A stretch of DNA of 64,000 bases from Glycera tridactyla (taxonomy: Eukaryota), in the NCBI GenBank assembly GCA_965644265.1, contig OZ286461.1:114886001-114950000 (forward strand), in the 5' to 3' direction. The notes under the pieces are model-generated. The model was not told where the DNA came from. It saw only the letters and a program-made list of their open reading frames with translations, and did no database searches. A program made the translations under genes and the position numbers. Shown here one piece after another: positions 12,886 to 24,385 of the stretch; position 1 is the stretch's first letter; each line of letters starts with the position of its first letter.

Positions 12886-13679
12886 CTCCTTATGCGTATG
12901 CTCTATGCTCTATGCCCTATGCTTCTCAGTTAGCTGAACTTTGCGCTGAAGTGTGAAGCCTTAATCAAATCAATCAAATAAATTATACCTCATGATATCA
13001 CATTATATTTCGTAAAATTTATACTCATATACCATGTTCTACCGTATTGGCAAACCCGACATTTGGTGGTAACTATCATGGTCATCGAGTGTTTCAAGTG
13101 TACCAAATGTATCATATGTATCAAATGTTCCTGTTTTCCCCTACTGAAATATTGCAATTATTCTGAATGTTCAAACTTCAAACTCACATCCTATGCGTGA
13201 ATATCGAGCCTACCGTCCATTGTAAAAGGTCATATTTCAAGATGCTTTTTTCAGTTCTGTATTCTTAATGTCATTTCCTTTAGTGGTTCCCTACATGTAT
13301 GTTGTGCGTCTGAGTTTATTTGACTATGTAAGCATGTAATGTGACTTTCAACTCTGTTTTGTCATGTATGCTTATATAATAAAACTTTTACAAACAAACT
13401 TACAGTTGTTAACCACAGCTTGATGCCACCTATTCACTGGAGTGCCACAAGGCGGTCTGCTCCTGTCACATCACCCACTCATATTTATAGAACTCGCAAA
13501 CACCCAGTTTCGGTTTTAGTATCTCATCAGTACCTGGATGTGGCCTGAGGGTGATGTGATGTCCTGCGTCAGATATGGGGTGATCTATCTATCCATCCAC
13601 CCATCCATTCATCCATCCATCCATTGAATGGTGAAGCCTGTTCATTTTGATCACCCATACGAGACAAAGCCCTGCTTAC

Positions 13680-13802
13680 TGTTGTGAACAATGCTGCGTA
13701 GTTGGGAACCGGAGTGTCTGCACCTAACTCGTCATATAACTCGCTAGGATTATCTGACTGAGTAAGATGATCTGTATAGTAAATCCATCCCCCATATCTC
13801 AC
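13680..13802 (-). CDS. Candidate internal exon of an unidentified gene (VRYGGWIYYTDHLTQSDNPSELYDELGADTPVPNYAALFTT)
   Basis: 123 bp, phase 0-0, bounded by CAG| and |GTAAGC, with a non-repetitive protein-like translation. No homology could be confirmed. Confidence 0.3.
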
Positions 13803-14265
13803 CTGATCAGGTCGGTGAGTAGCACGGGATTGGCATTGATTATGACACACCTTCACCTGGGGTAATCCATCGGAGGATTCCTACATCATCTCACATTCGA
13901 TTACGAGTGGCTAGCAAAATCCCATCACCCAAAACGTATCCAACATCAAATTCATACAATGATATCCCCCTTCTACATGAAAACTGGATGAATCACAGCA
14001 ATATGATCACATTATATACCGAGCCAATTTTCATTACGCTTGTCAGTCTCTAGTGAATTTTTTTTTATATAAGGATGCTATTTATTTCTCAGTTCGATCT
14101 GCCGTATATTGTGTGAGAGACTGGATAAATCACAACCTCAATTGATATCAAAACAAGCAAGCGCGAGAAATATAGTATCAATGGAAGCCGAGACTGCCCA
14201 CTGTTTGTGAAATGTGTTCCGCTTGCAGTGAAAAAAAGTCTTGTGGTATGAAGAAACGTATTGAT

Positions 14266-14279
14266 GTTGCTATGGCAAC
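14266..14279. promoter_or_regulatory. RFX X-box-like palindrome GTTGCTATGGCAAC
   Basis: Near-perfect match to the X-box palindrome GTTGCCATGGCAAC, directly followed by E-boxes CAGCTG and CAGGTG. This is a motif match only. Confidence 0.4.
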
Positions 14280-15365
14280 AGCTGACAGGTGATCCCGTGT
14301 CTTTCACGTCGTGTACGGTGTCTTGAGGCCAAGCTGACGCATCAGGCTAATCCTTGCTGGACATGTCCGCTATCACCTGCTATCTAGATATGCATAGATA
14401 ATCCAATATATCCGATTATACATGCATATCAATCAATCAAGTCGCACATTGAGTGGAATTATATTACAATAATCTCCGTATCATTCCTGGGGTGTCGTGA
14501 CCGAAGGTTATCGCTCCCCTACACTCTCTTTCAGGCATTTGTACCAAGCCTCAGCGAGGTTAATTAGAGGTATTGTCCTGACGATTACCTCGGCATCGGC
14601 GTTGGCATCAGCATATGCACTATTGCAATAGTCTTACGTCAACGTTTTTATTGAACCATTCAAAAATCAACGAGGATGCTTTCATGTCTTAATTGACCCA
14701 TCCTCCCATATCGATTCTAACAAAGGTAATTGCTGATTTCTTGTTTTCCTTGCCAACTGACTGGAGTTGATTAATGTGTATCAAAGACCACCTCAGTACT
14801 TATCTCAATGGGGACGAAATACTTATCTCAATAGGGACATAAATTCTTTTTTTTCGGAAATGGGATTTTTCGGAAAAATGTCCTTCCCTTAGCCACCACA
14901 AACCTGACACATATCCATACCTAGTTAAACATTTGTTGAATCTAGAACCGTATAACTTGCAAATTGTGTGCTATATTCATCCCTCTCAATCTGTTCATAT
15001 ATTGAGGAGCAAAAGTGGCTCCATTGATCATCGAAGCTGATTTCGCCTTGCTCACTGACATTTAGCGACCACTGACTCTCATTTAAACATATTCATCCGC
15101 TGATAGAATGATAGCCATTGTAGTGCCTCAAAATACCAGTAGTATACTAGTCTGACAATGCTCCCAATCAAGTCAGGCACTTTCGATCGCATTTGTTTAC
15201 CACTTTGACTTGATCGCAGACTTTGTGGCGCTCAACACCGCGTGTCCAGGAAGTGACGTCATGTAAGCAGCTGCTATAGATCAAGGAGAGACATGTAAGA
15301 CGGAACAAAAGAAAGAGAAATATCAATCAATCACGTAGAGACGGATCTACAGATATGGTTGCCTG

Positions 15366-15870
15366 GGTGATTGATGTTTAACGGCCTGTATCAACCTCAT
15401 ACAAGTTGAATAAGGTTTCATAAATCTTAATATTAACCGTTTGTCTGTATCCGAGACACATCCCCCATTCAACGGCTGCATGCATTACTGTACACGTCCA
15501 AATTCATTGCAATCTTAGTCATGACGAATGAGTATGCATTTCCATTATGCTATACCAGCAAATGTGTATATGATAGTGGCGACGCTATGGTTACAAATTG
15601 GAACACACATGTTTGAAATAGAGCGATATTCGTTCTCTGAATGGCAATATAAATATTGGTAAAGCCATCATATGCCTTTGCTCCATTGACTGAAAATCTC
15701 CGATCCACTAAAATATTGTTAGATCTTGAGGTTTCAAGGGATTATGTATGCTGAGTGTTCCGGATCCATCACTGCTGCATGCCGTATCCCCTGCAAGCAT
15801 CACTCTCACAATCCCTGGGCACAAGATGATGGGGCGTGAAAGTAGCTGACAGATCAGACACATTCTTCCA
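15366..15870 (-). mobile_element. SINE-like repeat, family A, split by a ~330-bp insertion
   Basis: TTGATGTTTAACGGCCTGTATCAACC at ~15370 resumes as GGATTATGTATGCTGAGTGTTCC at ~15738. Confidence 0.55.
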
Positions 15871-15999
15871 TGCCTCACTGGATGCGCCCGACGATGACAT
15901 TTATAGTCCAGTGGATAAGCCCCCCAAAAGGGCTAATTTCATTCAACAAAATTGGGACTCATAAGGAAGAGTGTCATTAACAATGAATCACCCTGTATA

Positions 16000-16690
16000 A
16001 GTACAAAACCACAACAGTGCATCTATGAACTGCACACCAACAGCAACTAGAAGGCCTACATCCCATCTTGCATCCACATTCAATTGGCCTACACCTTTGG
16101 AAGCAGGGGGAAGTCTTGTCGACATTGGCTCCATCCACTCTCCTTTTTTTTTGCTATCCCCACATCATAGGGTCGTAGAGTACTATACGTGCTGCCAGTG
16201 GCTGTCCTCAAACATGGTCAATCTAATAAATGGCTAATCTTGCATGTACGTGCAAAGCAGCTTTTGTTGGGGCAGATTGTCACACTTGAAGCTACCTTTT
16301 TCAAATCAGCTTTCTGAATTTTACAGATATACAAAGCCAGCAAACACAAGCAAGCTAAATGTTTCTTCATTCAGTGATTAGATTCATGCTCCAGTCTTAT
16401 GAGGCAACTGCCACTTCAGGATACACTCTCCATACATCCCCTGCTTTTTTCTCTCCTCTGGCTGGGTATCCAGATACATTACCATGTCCAGTAAGTGAAT
16501 GAAAAACAGCTGGTAATGGTTTGCAAGAGCATTGGCAATTTCATGAGCTGCAATGTAGCAGAATTCTTTCTCACTTCCAAAAGCTATCCAAAAGTTCCTC
16601 AGTATTCAGTCTATCAAAATGGGCAACTACAAGGACCAACACATCAGTATCCACTGTCCTTATGGGAATGTTCTGACTTCAGTACAGGCA
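16000..16690 (-). pseudogene. Degenerate Academ-like transposase C-terminus (XPG/PIN-like region plus Cys cluster), with frameshifts and stops
   Basis: Manual translation across frameshifts gives IRTVDTDVLVLVVAHFDRLNTEEL/WIAFGSEKEFCYIAAHEIANAL, then VFHSLTGHGNVSGYPARGEKKAGDVWRVYPEV, CPTKAALHVHAR, GEWMEPMSTRLPPASK and CRPIECGCKMGCRPSSCCWC. These are collinear with the recalled family pattern IRTVDTD...WVAFGTGK...FHALTGCDTVS...GKK...CGCKKGC. Confidence 0.75.
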
Positions 16691-17910
16691 AGTGTGTACA
16701 TACACTCCTTAAATTACAGGGATCTCTCATGATACTTCTAATTAGCATGTCTTAAGAATAAAAATACAGGTAGGTTGACATGTCAACATGAAGAGTGGAA
16801 ACTGTGTAGCCCTCTTATCCATGTACTACAAGACAAAGTATTACTTTAATTTGATTCGCAGAACAATAAATCTCAGCTGAGCAGGCATTCAACCAGCAAC
16901 GTTTTGCCCCAAATACTTAATTCCGTAGCTTGGATATTTCCAGATGGACTGAATGTATCAGTGAGTAATGTCACACCTGAGTGACAACCATTAATGATAC
17001 GAACATGGCGCTGTTAAGAATCAATAAACATCTGTAGTGAGTTTAGAGATGATTTGATGCTTTCTACATCGGATGATTTGATGATCACTCGTACCAAATG
17101 ATTTTCCAAGATGAAGTTGCAAGGAAAAATGAATGGGTTTTCAATGAGTTTTATGAAATCCCTTCAATCACATATACTCAGTGTGTTATTCATTTGATTC
17201 CTCATGAGAGTACTTGATAACTGATAGAAAAGGATGATTAATTCAAAAGGTACACCAATTTGATGAATCCTGGTATCCCACAAAATGGAATGATACCTGT
17301 CATTGCCACCAGGTGATGCTATCAGTCACAGATATGCCTATGTGCTTCTACATCCAGAATGATTTGTGGGAGGGGTTATGACAGTGTTCAGGTGTACATC
17401 TGTGTGAGAGTATGGCACTTGTTTCCAAAGGTCCACAAAGATGCCATTTGGGGGAGGGGGCTGTTCCACTGGACTGAGGCTGTCTGTGGTCTGGGAAAAG
17501 TCTGTTCAGGCCTCTAAACCTCTACTTTCGAAAACCCTATATTAAACACACATCTCAACCCACCATATTCAGTACTGATAGACTGGATGTGCTGTACATG
17601 TGACATTCAAATGATATTAGGAGTATAATAATGAAATAGATGTAATGAACATATCTCTCAGATGCTCAAAAGATATCAGGTTTACCTCAAGTAACCTTGT
17701 GTGGAACCTACTTGCAAGTCAATATGACCAGCTATTCATTACTTGAAATCACATCAATATTCAATCTCTAGAGGATGACAAATAAATGTAGACCTAGCCA
17801 TTATATGAATTATTAGAATGTCATCATCTTCATAGTGTTTCAGTCTCAAATATGATTGAGGATTTGATTGTGGTCATCTTAGGTCAATGACAGAGTTTGA
17901 TTGTGAAATT

Positions 17911-18575
17911 GTCCTAGAAACAAGAGACAAATTATGCCATTGCTGCAGAGATATACCCATTATTGTATTGAGATGCCTATACTGTCTGGATTCATGAAAA
18001 GCCTGCAAAACGCCACCTAGTGGCAGAAATCGTCAATATAGGGATTTGCCAAGAGTATTTCTAATCCGTGTAGGGCTTGTCTGTAGTCTGGTCCTAGAAT
18101 CCAAGAGACAAATCATGCAATTGCTGCAGAGATATACCCATTATTGAGACGCCTATACCTATTGAATTCATGAAAAGCCTTCAAAATGCCACCATGGGGC
18201 AGAAATTGTCAATATAGGGATTTGCCAAGAGTATTTCGATTCATTGTAGGGATTGTCTGTATTTCGGTCCTAGAAACCAAGAGACAATTCATGCAATTGC
18301 TGCAGAGATATACCCATTATTGAGATGCCTATACTGTCTGAATTCATGAAAAGCCTGCAAAACGCCACCTAGTGGCAGAAATCTCCATCATAGGGATTTG
18401 CCAAGAGTATTTCTAATCATTGTAGGGATTGTCTGTAGTCTGGTCCTAGAACCCAAAAGACAATTTAGGCAATTGTTGCAGAGATATACTCATTATTAAG
18501 ATGCCTATACTGTCCAAATTCATGTAAAGCCTGCAAAACGCCACCTCGTGGCAGAAATTGTCAATATAGGGATTT
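17911..18575. repeat. Subterminal tandem array, ~177-bp unit, ~3.7 copies, inside the Academ element
   Basis: Units start GTCCTAGAA at 17911, 18091, 18267 and 18443. Each contains TGCAGAGATATAC...CATGAAAAGCCTGCAAAACGCCACCTAGTGGCAGAAAT or a close variant. Confidence 0.92.
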
Positions 18576-19229
18576 GCCAACGTGGTTCTATATCAAGAAT
18601 GATTCCGTTTGGTTATGTGAACAAGTGTGCCAAGTTTGGTACTTGTTTCCAAAAGTGCACAAACATTGTGCTTATCCACTGGACTATTATTGCTATGTTT
18701 ATATTGATTTTTGAGCCTGAATCCTCTCCCTTTTCCAAGTGCATAACGACTATCAACCATATTAGCTACCTATCAAGGGTATCATAATGTGTCACATGTA
18801 ATCGATTTGCAATGCCAGGACAATTTCTTTTATCGGATGAGATGTAATGAAATTAGTCGACGCCATCTCAGTGGAATGATGCCTTTAATTCCACCACTCG
18901 GCGAATACGTGTGGATTATACGATATTCGAATTATATTCTACTCTAATGGCTATCAGGGGTGAATGAAGTAGGATGTTTATCTCTTTTTATCAGTTTGCA
19001 TCACAACAGAAATGGTCAAACTACAATGAATCAAATCATCGATCATTTAGTCAGTCAAGCAGGTAGCCGCTAGTCGATCACCAGCTGAATAGACGAGCGA
19101 ACGCACGAACAAATGGATGGATGAATGAATGAATGAATGAATGAATGAATAAGTGAATAGACGACTGAATGAATCGAATAATGAAAAAATGGATGAATGT
19201 AGATGAATGGATATATCAATCACTGAGAG

Positions 19230-19279
<50 letters not shown>

Positions 19280-19873
19280 CCAATCCATCGATTGATCAGT
19301 AAACTGGCCAGCCAATCAGTCAGTCAATCCATCAGTCAGTCAGTCTGGTGATCAACCAATGCAAATATGGACATCCTGTGTATGGTTATTTTCAGCAATA
19401 TAGAATGGTCAGCCACGTATCTGTTTCTTCATGAATTTCATCCATTTAAAGGTAGCTTTACATCTATGATCGGTGCTACACAGTATCTCCTATTTTTTTT
19501 TATTACCGATAAGTATTATTTGTGTTTTCATGTTCTTTCATCATTCGTTATTACTGTTTGTTTCCTCGAGTTCCAATTCAAGCCACCTTTTAATTATTAC
19601 CTGCGTATTTTTCAAGCTTGCTTCAGAATTCCGATCCTTGTCGATGGCTCGAAAGTCCGCAGATTTCAGAAATGTAGACCTTCCTTTAGTAAACCAGTAC
19701 CTAGGCATACCCTAGGTAGCTCTCAATACACTGATGTGATGTCAATCCACAGGCAATCCAAACTTACATGACATATTCATATAGCCCAGATGGTGTTAAC
19801 ATGATGTGAATCAATCATCCTAACTCAACCAATAGAGCAACACAACCAAACACCGCTAGCATAGTCACATACA

Positions 19874-20033
19874 CAGTCTAACCTGTCCTAGGCAGCCACT
19901 GTACAGAGCAGCCACTTTTGAATTTCCCACCGGAGGTTTTTCCACTATAATTGACCTGTTATAAGCAGCCACCTACCCTAAGCAGCCACTTTTTGCCTTC
20001 CCAGAGGGTGGCTGCCTAGGACAGGTTTGACTG
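19874..20033. mobile_element. pogo/Tigger-like MITE
   Basis: 26-bp TIR CAGTC(T/A)AACCTGTCCTAGGCAGCCAC, matching at 25 of 26 positions. Confidence 0.8.
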
Positions 20034-20805
20034 TACAGACAAGTGAAGAGGACTCCTGTCCTCTGGGAGATCAAGATTATTTGTAGATTTTTGTCGAGGG
20101 GTACTGATGAAATATGTAGGTTGTCAATGGTGACGGGGGGTGAGTTGTAGAGCCATTAATGTGATGCTAGTGATAATCTGATGGGAGTCCAAATCGGATT
20201 GAGCTGCACCCAGAGAGCACACTCAGCAAGCTATCAGCAAACAAATGCTAATGGACATCGGATAATTAACCTCTTCTTCCCCATATTCACATACCAAATA
20301 CCCACACCCATCTTGCTCTTGGAGTCTTCTCAGTGTCCTTCAGTGGCCAAATTCCATCCAGATAACATCTGATTGATGGTGAAGTATCTTAAGAATTATG
20401 GATATTCCTTCGATTTCAGTGCCTTGCTGAGTGGTCATGTATGGTGAATGATTTTCTCCACACACGCATTGCTAGAATATCCCAATGTACCACTTTCAGA
20501 ACTAGAATAGTGGCAAATAAACAGTCACCTATCTAGTCAAATGTCTGCTCATTCGGGTAGTAGATATGAGAGGTCAAACGAGTATTCGCGGACCAGTGGC
20601 ATGTTCAAGCCGGAACCACATCCGGGGATTGAGGAGTTAATGCAAACTTGACTTCCGTTGATTTACTGCAAACTTTCCAAATGTAATTAATTACCAGATA
20701 GAAGCGCGCATCCACACGATATGATGAGTGGGTGAGTGGGGTCTGTTGGGTGGGTGGGTGGTGTGGTGGAGGCGAGGCAACCGGTACTGGTGAACTGAAC
20801 TGACT

Positions 20806-20869
20806 CCAAGGACAAGTTCGGCTCAGTGACAATTGTCGACGATTGTCACTGAACCGAACTTGTCCATGG
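20806..20869. other. Near-perfect 64-nt hairpin
   Basis: GGACAAGTTCGGCTCAGTGACAAT / ATTGTCACTGAACCGAACTTGTCC pair at 23 of 24 positions around an 8-nt loop TGTCGACG. Confidence 0.85.
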
Positions 20870-20939
20870 TCTATTGTGGATAAAGCCATCACCCATTTTT
20901 TCCACATCTAGCCAGGTCATAGTTATATGTGCCATGTGA

Positions 20940-21130
20940 AGCGCGTAGAGGTATGTCTGAACTGACAGCTACTTACACTTGAGAACCATTCTGGCCCAGC
21001 ATCATTTTGGGATCAGGGCTTGTGAGAGTGATGCCAGCATTGGCTGGAGCATGGAGAAACACACAACATACATACCTCTTCGGGTTGATAGATGCAATTG
21101 AACAAGACCCACACACCAACCCATCCAGCC
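20940..21130 (+). mobile_element. SINE-like repeat, family A (diverged)
   Basis: GTAGAGGTATGTCTGAACTGACAGCTAC..CAGGGCTTGTGAGAGTGATGCC..GGTTGATAGATGC. Confidence 0.6.
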
Positions 21131-21352
21131 TTTCTACCAACCAATTACCAGACGAAAGTAAGCCCCCCCCCCATACCTTCCATCATTTGGCTTGCTTGTC
21201 TCTCAATGTCCTGAGACAGGCTATAATCAGCACATAGCTCAGTATGAGAATTTTGAATCCTGTACCACAATCCAATGCTTTCCATCAACCATAACATCTC
21301 ATATCCTTTGTTAAGTGTTACGTGAAATAACAACCAGTTCAAATGATCCCTT

Positions 21353-21800
21353 CTAAACTCTGTCAAATCCAAATGTGGCGGGTACGTTTCAGACGCTAAT
21401 TTCGCCAATTTCCGTCAGATCTGAGTTTTAATGAAACGAATGGTTATGTACAGGCCTTCCGGCGATTATCGAATCCGGTTTCAGGTGATCTGCATGCTTT
21501 TGAAGAGGCTTACGCCATCATTTCATTGCATTTTTACGACAAATCCGCCGGCATTATCGTCCGGTCATCCATATATGAAACAACAGAGATACGACCGCCG
21601 CACCTGCCGCGAAACTAGCGTAAAATTATTATATTTGACGTTCTCAGATGAAATAAACAAGGGGGCTTCACCGTGATCAGATTTCTAGTCGTCGGAGATG
21701 TCAACTATGTCTGTCTGCAAGTCTCATTTCAATCCGAAGCGAATTCGCGATGCCAGGGTTAAACACCTACCCGCCACGATTAAGCTAGACAGACTTTAGC
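21353..21800 (+). mobile_element. MITE-like repeat, family B (~450 bp, ~33-bp imperfect inverted repeats)
   Basis: CTAAACTCTGTCAAATCCAAATGTGGCGGGTACGTTT ... AAACACCTACCCGCCACGATTTAAGCTAGACAGACTTTAG. The interior is shared with three other copies. Confidence 0.65.
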
Positions 21801-22544
21801 TGCCGGCTAATCATAAAAGGTGCTAACAGTCGTGGAGCAACGCACCAGAACACTCGCATACTCAAGTGCCTGGCAAACTTTGCTATGACATCAACTATGG
21901 TGAATGAGCATCAAATATTTCCACCGAATCATGAGTATAGCTCTGAGTGGGACATGTACTTCATGATCAAGTACCTCTCTTTACGATTCCGATCTATCAT
22001 TTATCGTTGTTGATATGTCAAGATTTTGATGTATCACACTCATTTTCAACTTTCAACCAACTGGAAACTCGTGCAGTTTATTTCTATGTACCACAGTAAT
22101 TTTCACAGGGCATTCAGCTCGCCTTTCATATCAATAAATTATGATTTCTCAAACAGTTCCGTGGATTCACACCTCATAAAGATAACCGCCAACCCAGCCA
22201 ACAAACGAAATATTCATTCGAAAATCCCACCACTTTTGAATTTCCAGCTAAGTCTGAAGATGTTCGGCTATTCGCCCTCATTTGTGAGATAGCCAAACCG
22301 ATAATCCATGGGTCATATACGAATGAGCCACTAATCGTTCTCATTGATGTAAAGCCAGTGTGTAAATCCCGAACATCGCTCAGCTCCTCCATCCATCTTT
22401 TATCATCTACACCGATCTGTACCGCTTATGTTACTCGGGATATACAGATGATGGAAGATGGATGATAGCACTCATATGATACGTCATCATCAGAGTGTGA
22501 TGTCACAAACACACGCTGATATCTCTTATTATATACACTCTCTC

Positions 22545-22615
22545 TCATCCATCACCCACCCTCCAACTCCGGTGTGATATTGAGTCAATAGATTGAACGA
22601 CGCAGAATGACGCTC

Positions 22616-22673
<58 letters not shown>

Positions 22674-22890
22674 CCTCTCTCTCTCATCCATCACCCACCT
22701 TCCAACTCCGGTGTGATATTGAGTCAATAGATTGAACGACGCAGAATGACGCTCGCCGTCTCTCTCTCTCTCCCTCTCTCTCTCCCCCCTCTCTCTCTCT
22801 CCCTCTCTCTATCTCTCTCTCATCCATCACCCATCATCCAGCTCCAGTGTGATATTGAGTCAACAGATTGAGTGACGCAGAATGACGCTC

Positions 22891-22960
<70 letters not shown>

Positions 22961-23200
22961 GGATCACCTACCATCAACAGATTGAACGACGCAGAANNNN
23001 NNNNNNNNNNNNNNNNNNNNNNNNNNNNNNNNNNNNNNNNNNNNNNNNNNNNNNNNNNNNNNNNNNNNNNNNNNNNNNNNNNNNNNNNNNNNNNNNNNNN
23101 NNNNNNNNNNNNNNNNNNNNNNNNNNNNNNNNNNNNNNNNNNNNNNNNNNNNNNNNNNACCCAGCTCCGGTGTGATATTGAGTCAACAGATTGGGCGGCG
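22545..23200. repeat. Compound minisatellite: ~75-bp unique part plus (CT)n, ~5 copies
   Basis: CATCCATCACCCACCTCCAACTCCGGTGTGATATTGAGTCAATAGATTGAACGACGCAGAATGACGCTCGCC recurs at ~22547, 22685, 22821, 22957 and 23158. Confidence 0.9.
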
Positions 23201-23299
23201 CAGAATCCCTTACTTCTCTTACTTCTGTTAGTACCAGAAATGATTTCGTCTCGAGTTCCAAGGCACTGCATCCGGCACTGACAGGGACCCGGCATATAC

Positions 23300-23900
23300 T
23301 TATATCTGTCTGTCTGCTGTCTGTCTGGCCATCTGTCTGTCTTTCTCTGTGTGCCTGTCTAGCGGTCTCAATGCCTGTCCGTCTGTCTGTCCGTCTATCT
23401 ATCTGTCTGTCTGTCTGATGCCTGCTGTCTACCTGTCTGTCTGTCTGCTGTCTGTCTGGCCATCTGTCTGTCTTTCTCTGTGTGCCTGTCTAGCGGTCTC
23501 AATGCCTGTCCGTCTGTCTGTCCGTCTATCTATCTGTCTGTCTGTCTGATGCCTGCTGTCTACCTGTCTGTCTGTCTGCTGTCTGTCTGGCCATCTGTCT
23601 GTCTTTCTCTGTGTGCCTGTCTAGCGGTCTCAATGCCTGTCCGTCTGTCTGTCCGTCTATCTATCTGTCTGATGCCTGCTGTCTACCTGTCTGTCTGTCT
23701 CTCTATCTGTCTGGCCATCTGTCTGTCTTTCTCTGTGTGCCTGTCTAGCGATCTCAATGCCTGTCCGTCTGTCTGTCCGTCTATCTGTCTGTCTGTCTGT
23801 CTGATGCCTGCTGTCTACCTGTCTGTCTGTCTGTCTATCTGTCTGGCCATCTATCTGTCTTTCTCTACGTGCATGTCTAGCGGTCTCACTGTCCGTCTGT
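23300..23900. repeat. (TCTG)-derived higher-order repeat, ~131-bp unit
   Basis: GTCTGGCCATCTGTCTGTCTTTCTCTGTGTGCCTGTCTAGCGGTCTCAATGCC recurs 4-5 times. Confidence 0.9.
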
Positions 23901-24182
23901 CTGCCTGTTCCCCGACTCTCTGTATCCTCGTCCGTCTGTCTCTCAACTTTATCTTTCTCCCCTCTCTCACCTCCTCTCTTTCTTTCTCTCTCCCTCTGTC
24001 TGCCCATGAATGGACTTACTTAATGAATCATCAGACCTTTTAAGTCGATACAGATCTGGTTAGACAATCCCTGATGTTGAGAGCCAGCCATGCAGGCACA
24101 CGTCTCATCAGAGCTACCCTAACCAAACAAATGGACCATCCCATAAAACGAGCAACAGACATTTTCGCGTCTGATACCTAAG

Positions 24183-24385
24183 TGAATTGATCGATTGTTC
24201 GATGTTTAACGGCATATATTAACCCAAAGGATGACGTATGCTGAGTGTCCCTGGTCAATGGAAGCTAGATGTTCTGTCCCCTGCAGGCATCACTTGCACA
24301 AGCAATGAACACAAGATGGGCAACCTGAAAGGTTGTCAAGGGGACGTAGCTGACAGTTCAGACACATCTCTGCCTACTCAACATA
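24183..24385 (-). mobile_element. SINE-like repeat, family A
   Basis: GATGTTTAACGGCAT..GGTCAATGGAAGCTAGATGTTCTGTCCCCTGCAGGCATCAC..CTGAAAGGTTGTCAAG. Confidence 0.75.

Larger units (their letters stand above)
15904..18686 (-). mobile_element. Non-autonomous/decayed Academ-type DNA transposon
   Basis: 17-bp perfect TIR TAGTCCAGTGGATAAGC (15904-15920 and 18670-18686), TAG...CTA termini, 3-bp TTA TSD (15901-15903 and 18687-18689), and an internal transposase relic. Confidence 0.75.

Noticed and set aside
23349-24043. Long Ser/Val/Cys/Leu ORFs (also 11112-11474, 43242-43838, 44920-45480, 46612-47643, 48015-48577)
   Set aside because: They are translations of simple or compound repeats, open in several frames on both strands.
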